A DNA stretch of 64,000 nucleotides from assembly GCA_013115145.1 (NCBI GenBank), contig JAAPAO010000004.1, positions 160,243-224,242 on the forward strand, written 5' to 3'. Below are positions 1-13,306 of the stretch, in pieces (positions within the stretch are counted from its first letter, which is position 1; every line of letters begins with the position of its first letter). The notes under the pieces were generated by a model, which was not told the origin of the DNA, did no database searches, and was given only the letters and a program-made list of their open reading frames with translations. The DNA comes from Perkinsus chesapeaki ATCC PRA-425 (Eukaryota > Protista > Perkinsozoa). Made by a program: the position numbers and the translations under genes.

Positions 1-813
1 TTCTTGCAATACTTCATATGTTCTTTATTACGAATATGTACTATACCAAGCATCCTTCTCCCCAACACTAACGGCTTTGACTTTAGTATATCCTGTACAT
101 CATCAACATCATCATCATCATCACACTGCATCTTCTCATTACATCTATTGACATATCATCAATCGTCTCCGGTATTTGTTCCTTATCTACTCTAGTTTCC
201 TTTACACCTTCTTCTTCTCCTATCTAACCACCAAACTGGCCTACTCTATAACCTTACATTGCCTTACCTCTGTCAATGTGCCTCTTATAGACTCCAATGC
301 AGTTAATAAAGGGAAGTCATAACCCATCTTAAGTTGTACCTTAACTGTAGCCAGTGCTTGTCTTGATAATTCATCTAACATATACATTCCTTCTCTCTAC
401 CACTCCTTCCTCACCTAATCGTTTAGCTACTATTGGTTCACTTCCTTCTACTGCTAATATCTCTGGTAATGCATTTCTATCTTTTGGATATCCTATTGGT
501 AAAGTTATTATAAAAGTGGCTGTAAGGGGTGTATCAGTGTCCTTTATCAGTGTTGTACTACTACCCCTAACTGTAATAGAGTACCTAACACCTTCACCAT
601 CAACAACAACAACAACAACTGTCTTCTTCCCTCCTTCCCCTCTTCCTACGCCATCTCTCCATCATCAAATGTATTTGGTCTATTAAGCCATAGGAATCCT
701 CCTTCTCTATCATATACATCCAATAAAGCCTCTGCCTCATTATATTGCTCATCTAAGCTACTCTTCTCAGAATGTTCTTGTCTAAGTGTTGTCTCATCGT
801 CCCTTAGTGCCAT
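1..813 (-). CDS. RWD-domain protein (possibly RWDD2-like), multi-exon, 3' end probably outside the window
   Basis: ATG at 813: MALRDDETTLRQEHSEKSSLDEQYNEAEALLDVY (RWD-type EQxxExEALxxxY), later FIITLPIGYPKDRNALPEI (LPxxYP motif). RRMLGIVHIRNKEHMKY near base 1 resembles the RWDD2 C-terminal domain from memory. Confidence 0.45.
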
Positions 814-965
814 TATTGTATTATACTCTATTATTCGTTTATGTGTTATCGTCGTATATTCCCCACCAACTATATCAACACAATACTATATCAATTACAA
901 CAACAACAGCAATAATATTAATATAGCATCATAATTATTATTATGGTCATATTAATTATATCCTA

Positions 966-3949
966 TCACCATACCCCGGCAGTCGCTTCACCATAAAATT
1001 CAATACCCGCTAAGAAAAGGTTATGAGTGTTACCAGAATTAACACCACTTTGTATAAGACGGAATATTCTAAATGAGCCTCGAGACTCTGGTGACTTGTC
1101 TACTGGGAAGTAACTGATAGGCAACCATATTCCCCCAAATGTTGCTATCTGTCTTTACCTAGTGGCCTTGGGCTCTCTAAGACTACCACACATCTTCCTT
1201 TCATCAATAAGTATCCAATCATCACCATCATTTGACCCCATTATATTCCAATTCATAAGACATTGTGCACTTGAGTTACGGTTGCGAAGACAATATCTAC
1301 AACATAATAGTCGTATAAAGGAGTATAGAGTGGTATGAAGGAGGTAGTACCCAGTAAGCCTAAGAGCTCGGCCTCTACCAAAATCAACCTGTATCCAAGA
1401 TGCAGGCTCATTCCTAGTACGAAATTCAACTGATGATGTTCGCCCTACTATCTCATCCACTGATCCTCTACCAACACCTAAATAATACCCTCCTCCTCCT
1501 CCTCCTGCTACTGCTGTTGTTGTTGTTACTTACTGCTAGCTGTGAGCTGTATTTCCATTAACTTAGAACATGGATTCCTCCATGGCATTGTATTCCCTCT
1601 AGTACCCAACCAATAAAGGCATCCAAAGGTATCAAAATCAGATGAATAAGAGAATGACACTGGTGTAGTAGGTGATGCTGCTGCTGCTGCTGTTAATGGT
1701 ACTGATCCACGCGATATACTTGTAATATTATGAACCTGTGATAACTTTCCTATCAATACCCACAACCCTTCCACTACCTCCTCTTCTGTACTCCTCTCTG
1801 GCCTATATCCCTTCCTTTGACAGTCTCTTGGTCCTCCCCCATGTCCCCTCTTCCTCTCCTCTTCCTCCCCTTCTTCCACGTTTGTATCTTCTCCTTTAGT
1901 AAACCTCCTCATTAACTCTAATATCCTATCCTGTGCCAAATGCCATAACGGTGACTCCGCTGCTGATATTAATGCCTCTAATGGTAGCTGCGACCATCTT
2001 ACACTAGATACAGCATACCATAAAAGCAACAACAAGCTCACCATACTACCATTTATATATCATTTCAAAGTCTTCTCTCGTCCATACTTTACTCTTCTTC
2101 TTCCTTCTTTTCTCAGCATCCTCATCACTTTCTCCTTCTTCACCACCATCATCAATCTACCAGTACCCCTACTACTTCCTTCTTCCCCTTCTATACTACC
2201 TCCTCCTCCTCCTGTTTACCCTCTTGTTCCTCTTTCTCTTCATCGTCTGTTACTTTTACCATAGTAACCCTAACTGTTCCCCCACTAGGTAGTTCAACCT
2301 CCTTCCCTTCTTCTTCTTCTCCCTCCTCCTCCTCTCCACCACTACCCTTCTGTAAAGCCTCCTTTGGTATATTATCCCTAGTTACCTAATACCAACCATC
2401 TTCCATCAACAATACCATTACCCTTCCTACTTCGCCAGATGCATCTATCCATTCTAACTCAGCCCATACCTCCCCTAATGGTGTATTATCAAGTAAAGGG
2501 CATATGACATGAACCTCGCCAGTGAGCTCTCCATCCATTATTCCACAACTTGTCTCATATCTTGGTACAGGGCATCCTCTAACACATTCCGATCTACTAG
2601 CTATACCCTCCATAACTCTAAATATAATCTTAACAGCAGCAGGACCTATTCAATAACACTATTCAACAACAACAACAAGAGTAACATTAATAGTTACCAC
2701 CTTCACGTGGCGGTTTAACTATCTCCACTTTAACCTTACCATGAGCTCTATCCATCCTCTGCCTCAATACATTAGTGCCTATTAATACCATCTCCCTCGA
2801 ATCCCCTTAATAACCTCTCTTTATTACATGTTCTTAATACTATCCTTTCATCGCCTCCTGATGCCTTCAACCCTAGCTTATCTGACCCCAGTATTCTATT
2901 AAGTGTATCCATTGGTAACTGTGATATCTGGAATACCCTCAAAGGCTTCCCTAACCCTTCTACTGTACATTCCTAATAACATCATCATCATCTACTATAT
3001 TAAATACAATATCTACTTCAAATTTATCTCGTAGTATATCTTCAGCTGCTTGTATTAAAGCCCTAGCATCCTTATTGTCTATGTACTAAGAATACGTAAT
3101 AATGTAACCCTAACCCTTCTTCCCCAGTGTATTATTATTACATAGCTGCATCTTAGTAGTATAATAGCTGCATTATTAGCACTTAAACAAGTATTAATAA
3201 TATGTTGAGCTAATGGTGTAGTTAATGATGGTATGTCCAACATGAGGCTTAAACCAAGTAAAGCTGATGGGAAGTAGGAAACACTAATACTTATTATGTT
3301 TATAGCCTTTATTACTAAGTAGCATACCGCAATTCTCAGATTTCCTTCCTTCTAAGATATCTGATGATGATCTTGATGAGGATTTAAGATTAGGATTTAA
3401 TAGAATAGACCTCTCCCAATCACCATGGGTATACCTATGATGCTTAACAATACTATATTATTAGTATAATATTATTACATAAATGTATTAATAATGTCAA
3501 TACATTTAACAAGCTCATCTCTATTAACATGAGGATCTGGTAATATTGGGACCTTCAGTAAGGGGCCTTTCCCAAGCATGATATCAATGTTATTATATTA
3601 CATTTATACCAAGTATACCTCCTTCTTGTGATGATACAACTACTCCATCCTCTTCTTCATCCCCTTCAGATGGTATTATTTTATTATAACAATATCGGCT
3701 ATATGAAGCTAATATCTATTATAGATACCTTCCCCTATATCCTATTAACCCTATTACCAGTTTATGTACTTTAAACTGCCCCTTTTCCTCCCCCTCCTCC
3801 TCTGCTCCTTCCTCTCCACCATCCTTTGGTAACACGAGTATACAATCGGTTAATTTAGATTTATTATATAGACTCCATAAGCTTGGTAACTCTGCAACCT
3901 CCTTATTCTCAACTTCATCATTCTTCTCCTCTGCTACTGCTGCTGCCAT
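966..3949 (-). CDS. BTB/POZ-BACK protein with C-terminal F5/8 type C (HECTD1-like discoidin) domain, multi-exon
   Basis: N-terminal LTDCILVLP...FKVHKLVI (BTB); SDFDTFGCLYWLGTRGNTMPWRNP; SWIQVDFGRGRALRLTGYYL; last exon FRIFRLIQSGVNSGNTHNLFLAGIEFYGEATAGVW with TGA at 966-968. Confidence 0.7.
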
Positions 3950-4004
3950 TCAATACTAATAATAACCAACTAACTGCGCCGTGCGGCGGCAGGATTATGT
4001 TAAA

Positions 4005-4014
4005 AGCGCTCGCC
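4005..4014 (-). promoter_or_regulatory. GGCGAGCGCT motif, copy 1
   Basis: 55 nt upstream of the ATG at 3949; identical 10-mer at 33768 and 44000. Confidence 0.5.
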
Positions 4015-4069
4015 CGGAAATACATGCCGACTGTCGTATGTGAACTCAATAGTAGTATAGATGGACAAG

Positions 4070-7000
4070 TCATTGTACATGACAGCACTTAGACGATGAC
4101 GACGACGAAGATGGTGGTGGTGGTGATGATGATAAGTTATGATGATGGTTGTTGTTGTTACTGTTGCTAGCCTGTGATACTGTTGGACTATTATGGGATG
4201 AGGTATTACATGGAGGGTGTATCTGGGGGCAGTATAGTTATTATATATAGATACCTTATACCACCACAACCATCACTACCTCCTCCTCCTCCTCTTTCTC
4301 CTTCTTATCATCATTATTAACTTCCCTAATCTCTCCTGGTAAAGGCATCATCTCATCTACTATAGTTGCTGCTGCTGCTGCTGTTGCTCTCTTATCCCTT
4401 TTAGATCTCTCTTCTTGTCTTATCCTTTCTGCCTCTATAGCTGTTAATGATTCCCCATAAACCTGCTCCATAACCTGCCTCTCTCCTGCCTATTCCTTTA
4501 TTCCTAGTACATGTAATGCTATTGCATCATTTTGCAGTATATCAAGCATTCGTTGTGTTAAACATGGAGTAAGATGTATATCCCTTTCATAATCGAATAT
4601 AAAGACATCATCACCATCACCTTCAAGCTTTGAAGATACAATCCTACCATATAATTATTAATAATAAAGATAATCCTATATATATCATCATCCTTATTAC
4701 ATTGTATCATCATCATCCAATTGCCATCTATATGTAATAGTAACATTATTAGCTAAATCCTTTTGTATTAGATTATATACCTTTTTAATAATAAGACGGA
4801 ATGATAATGGCTCACCAATTAACTGTGATGGTTCCTCTACTATCTAACAACAACAACATTTGTATACCACATTTCCTCTTAATACTTATTGCAATACCTC
4901 CTCATCAGGTACTGTAGTAGTAGTGCAATCCTTTGATAATGGCCATACTGCACATGTCAATGATCCTACTGGTCTACCACTTGATGATGACATAACTTTT
5001 GCATCCAGTTCATTCTCTAATTGCATTGTTATAGACTCTAGATATATACGTGCTGTTCCTATCTCCCTTTTAAATATAATAGGATCCCAGAATGGATCAT
5101 CTTCATCCTTCAATCTAACGATTATTAATAAAGCTAATGATAATACTAGATGCTAACCTTGGCTTACTTGTCTATGAATGCTGCCCCTCCTCCACCACCA
5201 CCACCTTCATCACCACCACACCATGTATCAAACATATCTCTCATGAGATATATCCTATTTTCTAATATATCTAGTGTCCAATCATATACCCTTATACCTA
5301 TATATATATTACTAGTATTATAACAATAATACTATATATACCTTTATAATCAACACCAACTAACACCTCAGTAGTAGCGCCTCCTCCTCCTTTCCTTCTC
5401 CTTTTGTCATCTATTGATAAGTCTACTGCTGCCTTTACCCGTAATACTGTATTAAAGCTAATGAATGATGTTGTTAAAGAGGAGGTTAAGTAGTATTAAG
5501 TATTTTACGTATATGGTATATCCATCTCTTTAGCTAATAATGATGCCTCCTTACACAATGGCATAATAACCATTAAATGTTCATGTAGTATTTTAAGATC
5601 AATCTCTCTTTGTCTTCTATCATTCTAAAACCCCACTATCTATGTCTATAACCATCACCAACATCATCACCACCTCAGCATCCTCTAATTCCTTCTGTCT
5701 TTTAAGCATTGCTTCCTTCTCCTTCTCAGCTTTCCTCCGTTGTGCTTTTAATGCCTTTTTAAGCTTCCTAACCTCTTCATTTTTCTCTTCTGATTCTTTA
5801 CCTTAACCATAACCATAACCTATCCCTACCTATCCCGTACTAACTATACTATTACCTCTCTGTGACTGTATATCATTTAACTTAGCCTCATATTCATCTT
5901 CTTTAGCCTTAGCTTCTGCCTCAGCCTTCTCTCTTGCTTCCATTGCTTCCCTTATAGATCTCTCATACCTACATACTAACATTACCTCCATCACCATTAT
6001 TATTATCGTTACTCCTCTTGTCTCCTTTTCTCTGCTTCTATTTCAGCGTCACTTTTCCTATACTCTTCATCTATCATATCTCCTTGTTTAGTTGCTAACT
6101 CTTCAATACAACCATCAAAGCTTATCTATCATAACAACACCTCCTCCCAAATAACAAGCCCCCCAACCATTACTATTCCATCATCAATCAACTTCTGTCC
6201 ACTTCCCTTAGTTGGATCAACATAAACAAAGCTCAGGTTGTTCTGTCTGCCAAGTATTACTCTATCTCCATGGTTAAGCAACAAAGGTTCCTAAACAATG
6301 ATAATAAAGATGTCTATAATAATAATATTACTATTACATCAGGTGTTATGATATCACCATTAAGATAGGAATAAGACTCAGCTTCATAAGCTTCTGGATC
6401 AGCCTAGACCACAGTTATGAAATTGACGACAAGCGTAGATAATATACCTTTATTGTAACTCTCCCATTATCACTCACTGTTATACACACTTGATATCTGA
6501 TTATAATATACTAAGGTAGTAGTATCAGAGTAGTAGCATCATCATCATCCTACAACAACAATCATACCTATGCATAAAGGATGCACCAGCAAGTAGGAAT
6601 GTAGGAGGCCCTCTCGTATCATCATAATCATCATTAGGAATATCATCTATACTATCTATACTCCTTCCTTCACTTAATAACCTCCCTCTCATCCTCTTAT
6701 TATTCCTCCTCCTTTTCCCACCAAACCATGTATCGCCCTCTTGGAAACAATAGAATATCTTCCCTAAACCATACCACCTACTATCAACAACAAAAACAAC
6801 AACAACCCTATTACCATTAAGCATAGGATCCTCATTAAGATTGGTAAAGTGTGGCTTAGTAAGATCGACCTCATGACCATCATCATCCATTGCTTTACTA
6901 TTCTTCTCTTTTGCCTCTGCTAATCTCTCCTACAACCATTATAATATACCTTCTACTACTATATAACCTATCCTACTTCCCATGATCTTTGCATCTCCTT

Positions 7001-8874
7001 TAATGCTGCTTCCATAGCTTGTATCTCCTCTTCGTGACTAAATACTACAATATTAATACCTATCTCCATATTATCACCTCTTTCTCAACTTCTCCTTTTC
7101 TAATTCATATACCATCCTTTCTTCCTCAGTCATTGACTCTGTTGCTTTAATGATCTCAGGCATTCTATCATTTACTATTCCTATCATCCCTCCAGCTACT
7201 AGGGCTTTTAACTTCTCATTTTCCTATATGAGCCCCTATGACCCCAATAACCATCGCTTACCTATGTATTACCTCTCTTAATTGCCTTATTAGCTTATCT
7301 TGTGGATCCTCATTAACTACAGCAGCATTCTTAATCTTCTTAGCTCTATCAGCATACCTAGCTCAACAGCCTTATTATATTATTACTATTATCTACCTTA
7401 ATGTTGATAAGCTCTCTTCATAATTAGCACTTGCTGGGCTAATAGCACATATCATTACCGTCTTACTTGATCCTCCCAATGCATTCTACCATATTATAAC
7501 CTTATTTACTATATATACCTTATTACCTGTAATAGTCTTGTTAATTTACTATCCCTATAAGGTATTATTGCTCCTGGTTTAGCTTTACCGGTAGCTTTAT
7601 CAGCTAATGCTGATATAACATTACCAAGTGCACTCAATGATTTATTGATTGCACATCCTTCTTTTAATCTATCACCACTTGCTCCTGTTTGACCAGCCTT
7701 CTCAGATCCTATTAATACCCTATCACAACACCTTGACCATCATTATTACCGGCAAGATCTACTAAATTAATCCTGCTCATTCTTATACCTTTTTTCTCTC
7801 CCATAATACTTATCTGCCTAATACCTTTATATTACCCTTATAACCCTATATACAACAACTTTACTTACCTAAATTCAATCGATATAACCGTATGAGCTCT
7901 ACTGCTTGTAGCATTCATCAATGTAGCTCCTACTGTACGATTACTAGTACCCTCGGCCACTACACGTTCAATGGTGGCAAATGAATCAACTGCTCTCGAT
8001 GTTATACCTTGGACGAATACACCTATATAACACCGACGATGAGGAATTGCTTATGATAGATTATATAACCCAATTGCTTGCTCTCTCTTATATCTAAACC
8101 CTTTTTAGGTCTATTACGAGGATGCACCAATAAGTCCTGTACTTGTTCATTATATATCTCTAACATTGATATTGACACCTATACCTTATTAACCCTTAGC
8201 TCTTATTACCCTTATATTACCTCATACTTTAATGTTGGTGATATTGTATCATTTATTCTTTTAAATATCTCTTCACACGCTATTGGTACTATACCCTATT
8301 GATACTATATATTAATAATAACAATAATATACTACCCTATTAGGACCATAACCCACCATACTATAACTCTTTCCTGATCCTGTTTGACCATATGCAAAAA
8401 GACAACAATGATATCTATAGCTTATATGCTACTACTCATTCCCTATCTACCTATTAATTATTACCCAGCCCATGCATTATTTAATACATCCAAACCAACT
8501 GCATTGAATACTACTTCTTGGTCTGCATACCTTGATAAAGGCCCTTTAGGTTTAGATATACCACTATTAATATCAATCTATTATCAATTATACCACATCC
8601 TATCATCATTATCCATATACTACTTCATAGTCATCATGACTCCAAAATGAATAATCAAAAGTAAACCTTTTAGGATCTATACTATCCTCTGGTTCACCAT
8701 TATCCAAATCCCTGCTAATATTATATATTATAATATTACCCTATAATATCATCACCTTATAACAGTCTCATTATCTTTCATAGTTACACAGCACTTAGAC
8801 GATAAACCAATCTCCCTATCATTAAACGGTCTAACTCTTACCGCTACTTTAACACTTGATGATGAAGCATCCAT
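4070..8874 (-). CDS. Kinesin-3 family motor (KIF28/KIF13-like) with FHA domain, about 20 exons
   Basis: [15 protein letters not shown] start; P-loop exon GSGKSYS; NLVDLAG/SE; [19 protein letters not shown]; IPYRDSKLT; [17 protein letters not shown]; DPFWDP tail motif; predicted last exon ends KCCHVQ with TGA at 4070-4072. Confidence 0.88.
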
Positions 8875-9146
8875 TATTAGGCTGGCATAAGGCTGGTATA
8901 GGTTATTAAATACATTCAACACAATACTCCTTATATTCAACGATAATACGATAATAACGGTCATCATTATGTACTACTATAATGCTGCTGCGACTGCTGC
9001 TGCTATATTACTAGTTCGGGATTATACAATCTCAGTGCTGCTATATATGCTAAAACAACAGTAGTAGTAATAGTGGCGATGGAGAGAGGGTTAATATATG
9101 TTCAGTGATTAGGGGGAGAAGGATAATAGGAATGGTTATAATAATA

Positions 9147-10508
9147 TTAAAACAATCCAACTGTCTTCTTAGTAGTACGCTGTTTCCATAATGGCATTGA
9201 ATAAAACTTATTCATATCCATACCAAATACACTACAGAATTCCTCAGGGGAGAGGTATCTATCAAAATAATATATCAAAATATATACTGTTATTATACTA
9301 ATTATTACGCTTCCCTTTTAGATGGATTGACACCTGCTGGTAGATTCTCAGCTAACCCAAGTAGCTAGTAATACGATAAATATTATTACCTTATATGAAT
9401 ATAGTATTACCTGTTCTAATGGATACTTAACCTTAGAAGGATCCTCAAATGTCCTGTTATCAGTAACAGGAGTAGCATCCACTGTAATACCTTAAATAGT
9501 ATATTAGTATTAGATTATGGTTATATCATGGTCGTCACCTGTGGATGATCTAATAGGAGCATAATCTGATGATAATGATGCTCTTAAACTGCTTTGAAGG
9601 TATCCAGTATTCTGGACTTTCCATTTAAATTTAGTTTGATCATCTACAGTAGTAGTATTATCAACATCAGCAGTTGATGGTGTTTGGACATAACCAGCAG
9701 CAGCATTAGTAGTAGTAGCCATTTCACCATCTATAACAATTATTATACATTGCTAAAGGATATCTATTACTTATAGGAGATATTAAGGTTGATGATACAG
9801 GAGATGGGGAATAAGGGTTAACCTAATACATATTCATATACAAGCTATGTATTATTATTATTACCTTAGTTTTAGGAGTAGTTAATGTGGTATTGTCATC
9901 ATTCAATGATGATGAAGTAACATCCTCCTCTCCTTTACCGGTTGTTGATGGAATTGCTGTATCAACAACCTCTATATCCCCTTGTTTGGCATCATCAACA
10001 TCGGTTGTTGATGGCATTGCTGTATCAACAGCCTCTATATCGCCTTGTTTGGCATCATCAACATCGGTTGTTGATGGCATTGCTGTATCAACAACCTCTA
10101 TATCCCCTTGTTTGGCATCATCAACATTGATTGTTGATGGCATTGCTGTATCAACAGCCTCTATATCCCCTTGTTTGGCATCATCAACTGGTAATGTATT
10201 GTTAGATTCTCCTTCCATGTCAACAGTATTTTCTCCTTTATCATCGCCTTTATCTTCTACTACTATAGACCTATTAATATTATGTATACTTTCACTAAGA
10301 TATAGGCCCGTACTCATTAGTTGTATCCTTATTTCTATCGTCTGCCTTTGTATTATAGCCCTAAAGACCCTCATTATATACCCAAAACCCTTATCATTAC
10401 CTCATCATCTAAAGGGGAATCATCACCTTTAACCTCATCAACAATAACTTCATCATCAGCAGTATCTTCCTTTTGCTGCTTCTTCTTATTGGACTTAGAC
10501 TTTCCCAT
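9147..10508 (-). CDS. Villin-headpiece (VHP) domain protein with acidic N-terminal repeat region
   Basis: ATG at 10508 (MGKSKSNKKKQQKED). Spliced C-terminus KYPLEQ-LLGLAENLPAGVNPSKRE-YLSPEEFCSVFGMDMNKFYSMPLWKQRTTKKTVGLF with stop 9147-9149 matches the headpiece consensus (F..VFGM...F..LP.WKQ..LKK..GLF). Confidence 0.8.
9941..10188. repeat. Coding tandem repeat, 4 x 63 bp (21 aa DVDDAKQGDIE[A/V]VDTAMPSTT)
   Basis: Unit starts at 9941, 10004, 10067 and 10130, read directly. Confidence 0.95.
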
Positions 10509-10684
10509 AATAGCTCAGATTCAATAAAACTTCAAGGGTAACTGAACCTTGACCGACACATGTAACAGCGGAGCGTAGCGATTCATGTATCAAAAAATTC
10601 AAAAAATAGCTTTTTGAGCGGAGCGATGCTGAAGGAGACTTCCCTGCGCAGTGACCTTGGTGAAAAGGGTTATCTACCTTTATT

Positions 10685-12972
10685 ATGACCATCCAGAAGA
10701 TTGTAGTTAATACTACCTTATCGGGATATCACTCCCCTCTTACTTCACTAATAGCTGGTAAATATTATTATATATTTTTAATTACTATTATTCAGGTTCA
10801 TTAGTTAACCTAGTTAGACCTGGCAGTATTATATTCCGTTATGTTGATAAGATCCCTAAGGCTCCTGAGAATGCTACTCTATCTGTTATGATTAATGGTG
10901 TTACTTCTATCCTTAATAATGATCTTTCCCTTGCTCGTTATATAGCTAGTTCTGCCCCTACTACATATGGTATCTATACACCAAGCCCTCAGATGGAAGC
11001 TTGGCTTGATATGGTTGATAACACTCAAAAGTTGGGTAATGATACTCTTAAGACTATCAATGATGAGCTAGCTCTTAAGACTTATCTTATTGGCCATTCC
11101 CTTACCTTGGCTGATGTTGCTGTATGGGCCCTTATTGCTAGAAGTGGTGGGGCTGCTAGACTAAAGCCTTATCCTCATGTATCTAGATGGTGGAAGTATC
11201 TTGAGGCTCAACCTGCTTTTATAACTGCTATGGAAGAATCTAAGAATAATAATAATCAATCATCATCTGCTGCTGCTGCTGAAGAGAAGAAGAGTACAAA
11301 GGGTAAAGATCAGGCTAATCTTGAGAATAAGTTACCTGGTGCTGAAATGGGTAAAGTTGTTACTAGATTCCCACCAGAACCATCTGGATATCTTCATATT
11401 GGTCATGCTAAGGCCGCCTTACTTAATGATTACTATGCTCGTGCCTATAAAGGTAAACTAATCATCCGTTTTGATGATACCAATCCAGCTAAGGAAAAGG
11501 CTGAATATGAACAAAGTATTATTGAAGATTTAGCTATGCTTGGTATACATGGTGATCAATTAACACATACATCTGACAATTTCCCCTTACTTCAGAAGTA
11601 TATGGAAAAGATGATTAAAATGGGTAAAGCGTATGTTGATGATACACCTGTTGATATAATGCGTGAAGAGAGATCTAAAGGTGTTGAGTCTAAATGCCGT
11701 GATCGTAGTGTTGATGAGAATATTGCATTATGGCATGAAATGCTTAATGGTACTGAAGTTGGTCAAAAATGTGTGGTTCGAGCTAAGATATCTATGACAC
11801 ATAAAAATAGATGTATGAGAGATCCTACCTGTTATAGAGTTATAACCGATGTACCTCATCATAAATGGGGTTTCCAATATAAGGCCTATCCTACATATGA
11901 TTTCTGTTGTCCTATTATTGATTCTATTGAAGGTGTTACTCATGCATTAAGAACTATTGAATACGCTGATCGTAATGAGCAATATCATTGGGTACTAGAT
12001 ACATTAGGTTTACGTAGTGTTACCATATATGAATTCTCTCGGAGTAACTTTGTTCATACTGTATTATCTAAACGTAAGTTAACATGGTTTGTTGATAATG
12101 GTTATGTATCTGGTTGGGATGATCCTCGTTTCCCTACTGTTCGTGGTGTACTTAGACATGGTATGACTGTTGAAGCCTTAAGAGACTTTGTTCTTACTCA
12201 AGGTGCATCTAAAGCTGGTAATCTAATGGAATGGGATAAGATATGGACTATAAATAAACAAAAGATAGATCCTGTTGTACCACGTTATGCAGCTGTTGGT
12301 GATGATGCTGTTGAACTTATCCTTAATGGAGCTCCTACTACTCCTACTGGTAAAGAGGAACCTAAACATCCTAAAAATCCTTCACTTGGTAATCGTCTTA
12401 TCTTATTATCGGATCATGTACTTATTGATGCAAGTGATGCTGCTGAACTTAATGAAGGTGAGGAGATCACTTTAATGCATTGGGGTAATGCTATTATTGA
12501 TGAGATTATTAAGGTTGGTGATAAAGTCACAGGACTTAAAGGACATTTACATTTAGAAGGAAGTGTTAAAACAACTAAAAAGAAGTTACAATGGGTAGCT
12601 AAGGTTAACAATCTATCACATCTTAAACTACGTGAATTGGATTATCTAATTACTAAGAGGAAGATTGAAGATGATGATAATGTTGAAGATTTGGTAAATC
12701 CTAATTCTGAAATTGATGTAACAGCATTGGGTGATCCTCTTATTGCAGCATCATTAAAGAAGGGTGATAGGATACAGTTAGAAAGAAAGGGTTATTTTAT
12801 TGTTGATGAGATACCAATGCCATCAAATGGTAATATAATGACACTTATCAACATACCTGATGGTAAAACTAAGACTATGACTGGTAACCTTAGAACAGGT
12901 GTTGATGTATCGTCGTCATCATCACCTGAGCCTTGTAAGGATAATGACGTCAAGAAGAGTAAGAAGCAATAA
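10685..12972 (+). CDS. EARS: Cytosolic glutamyl-tRNA synthetase with N-terminal GST-C-like domain
   Basis: RFPPEPSGYLHIGH (HIGH), RFDDTNP, YPTYDF, VLSKR (KMSKS equivalent), SGWDDPRFPT. Probable ATG 10685 with one 38-nt GT-AG intron (10758-10795) in frame with ORF 10888-12972. Confidence 0.95.
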
Positions 12973-13306
12973 GTGTGATGATGGTCATAATACTTAACAA
13001 GTATGGTTTCTTCTTCGTCTTTAAGGTTAATGGTTGTTGTTGTTTTGTCAATGATGATATTATTAATATAGGCATATGGGCTGTGGAGCATCAACTGCTA
13101 CTACAACAACAACAGCTGTTATGTCATCATCGTCGAACACTAACATTATTAATAATAACAACATACAGCAAGAAGGAGATGAGGGAATAGATACAACTAT
13201 GGGAGGAAATACGGTAGTGATTAGTTGCGAATAGAAGGAGGAGGAGGATAAAGGTAATTTTACATTATAGGGTGAAGTAGAAAATAGGGATGACTCTTGC
13301 CGTGCC

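Noticed and set aside
4463-4510. In-frame TAG/TAA between conserved blocks suggesting stop-codon reassignment
   Set aside because: Removing a 48-nt GT-AG intron restores IALH/VYGE. Similar cases elsewhere are explained by introns, and genes end in ordinary TAA/TAG/TGA.
9887-10432. Long antisense ORFs (also 39823-40281, 53786-54301, 60444-60767)
   Set aside because: Shadow frames opposite real exons or repeats, with no independent motifs.
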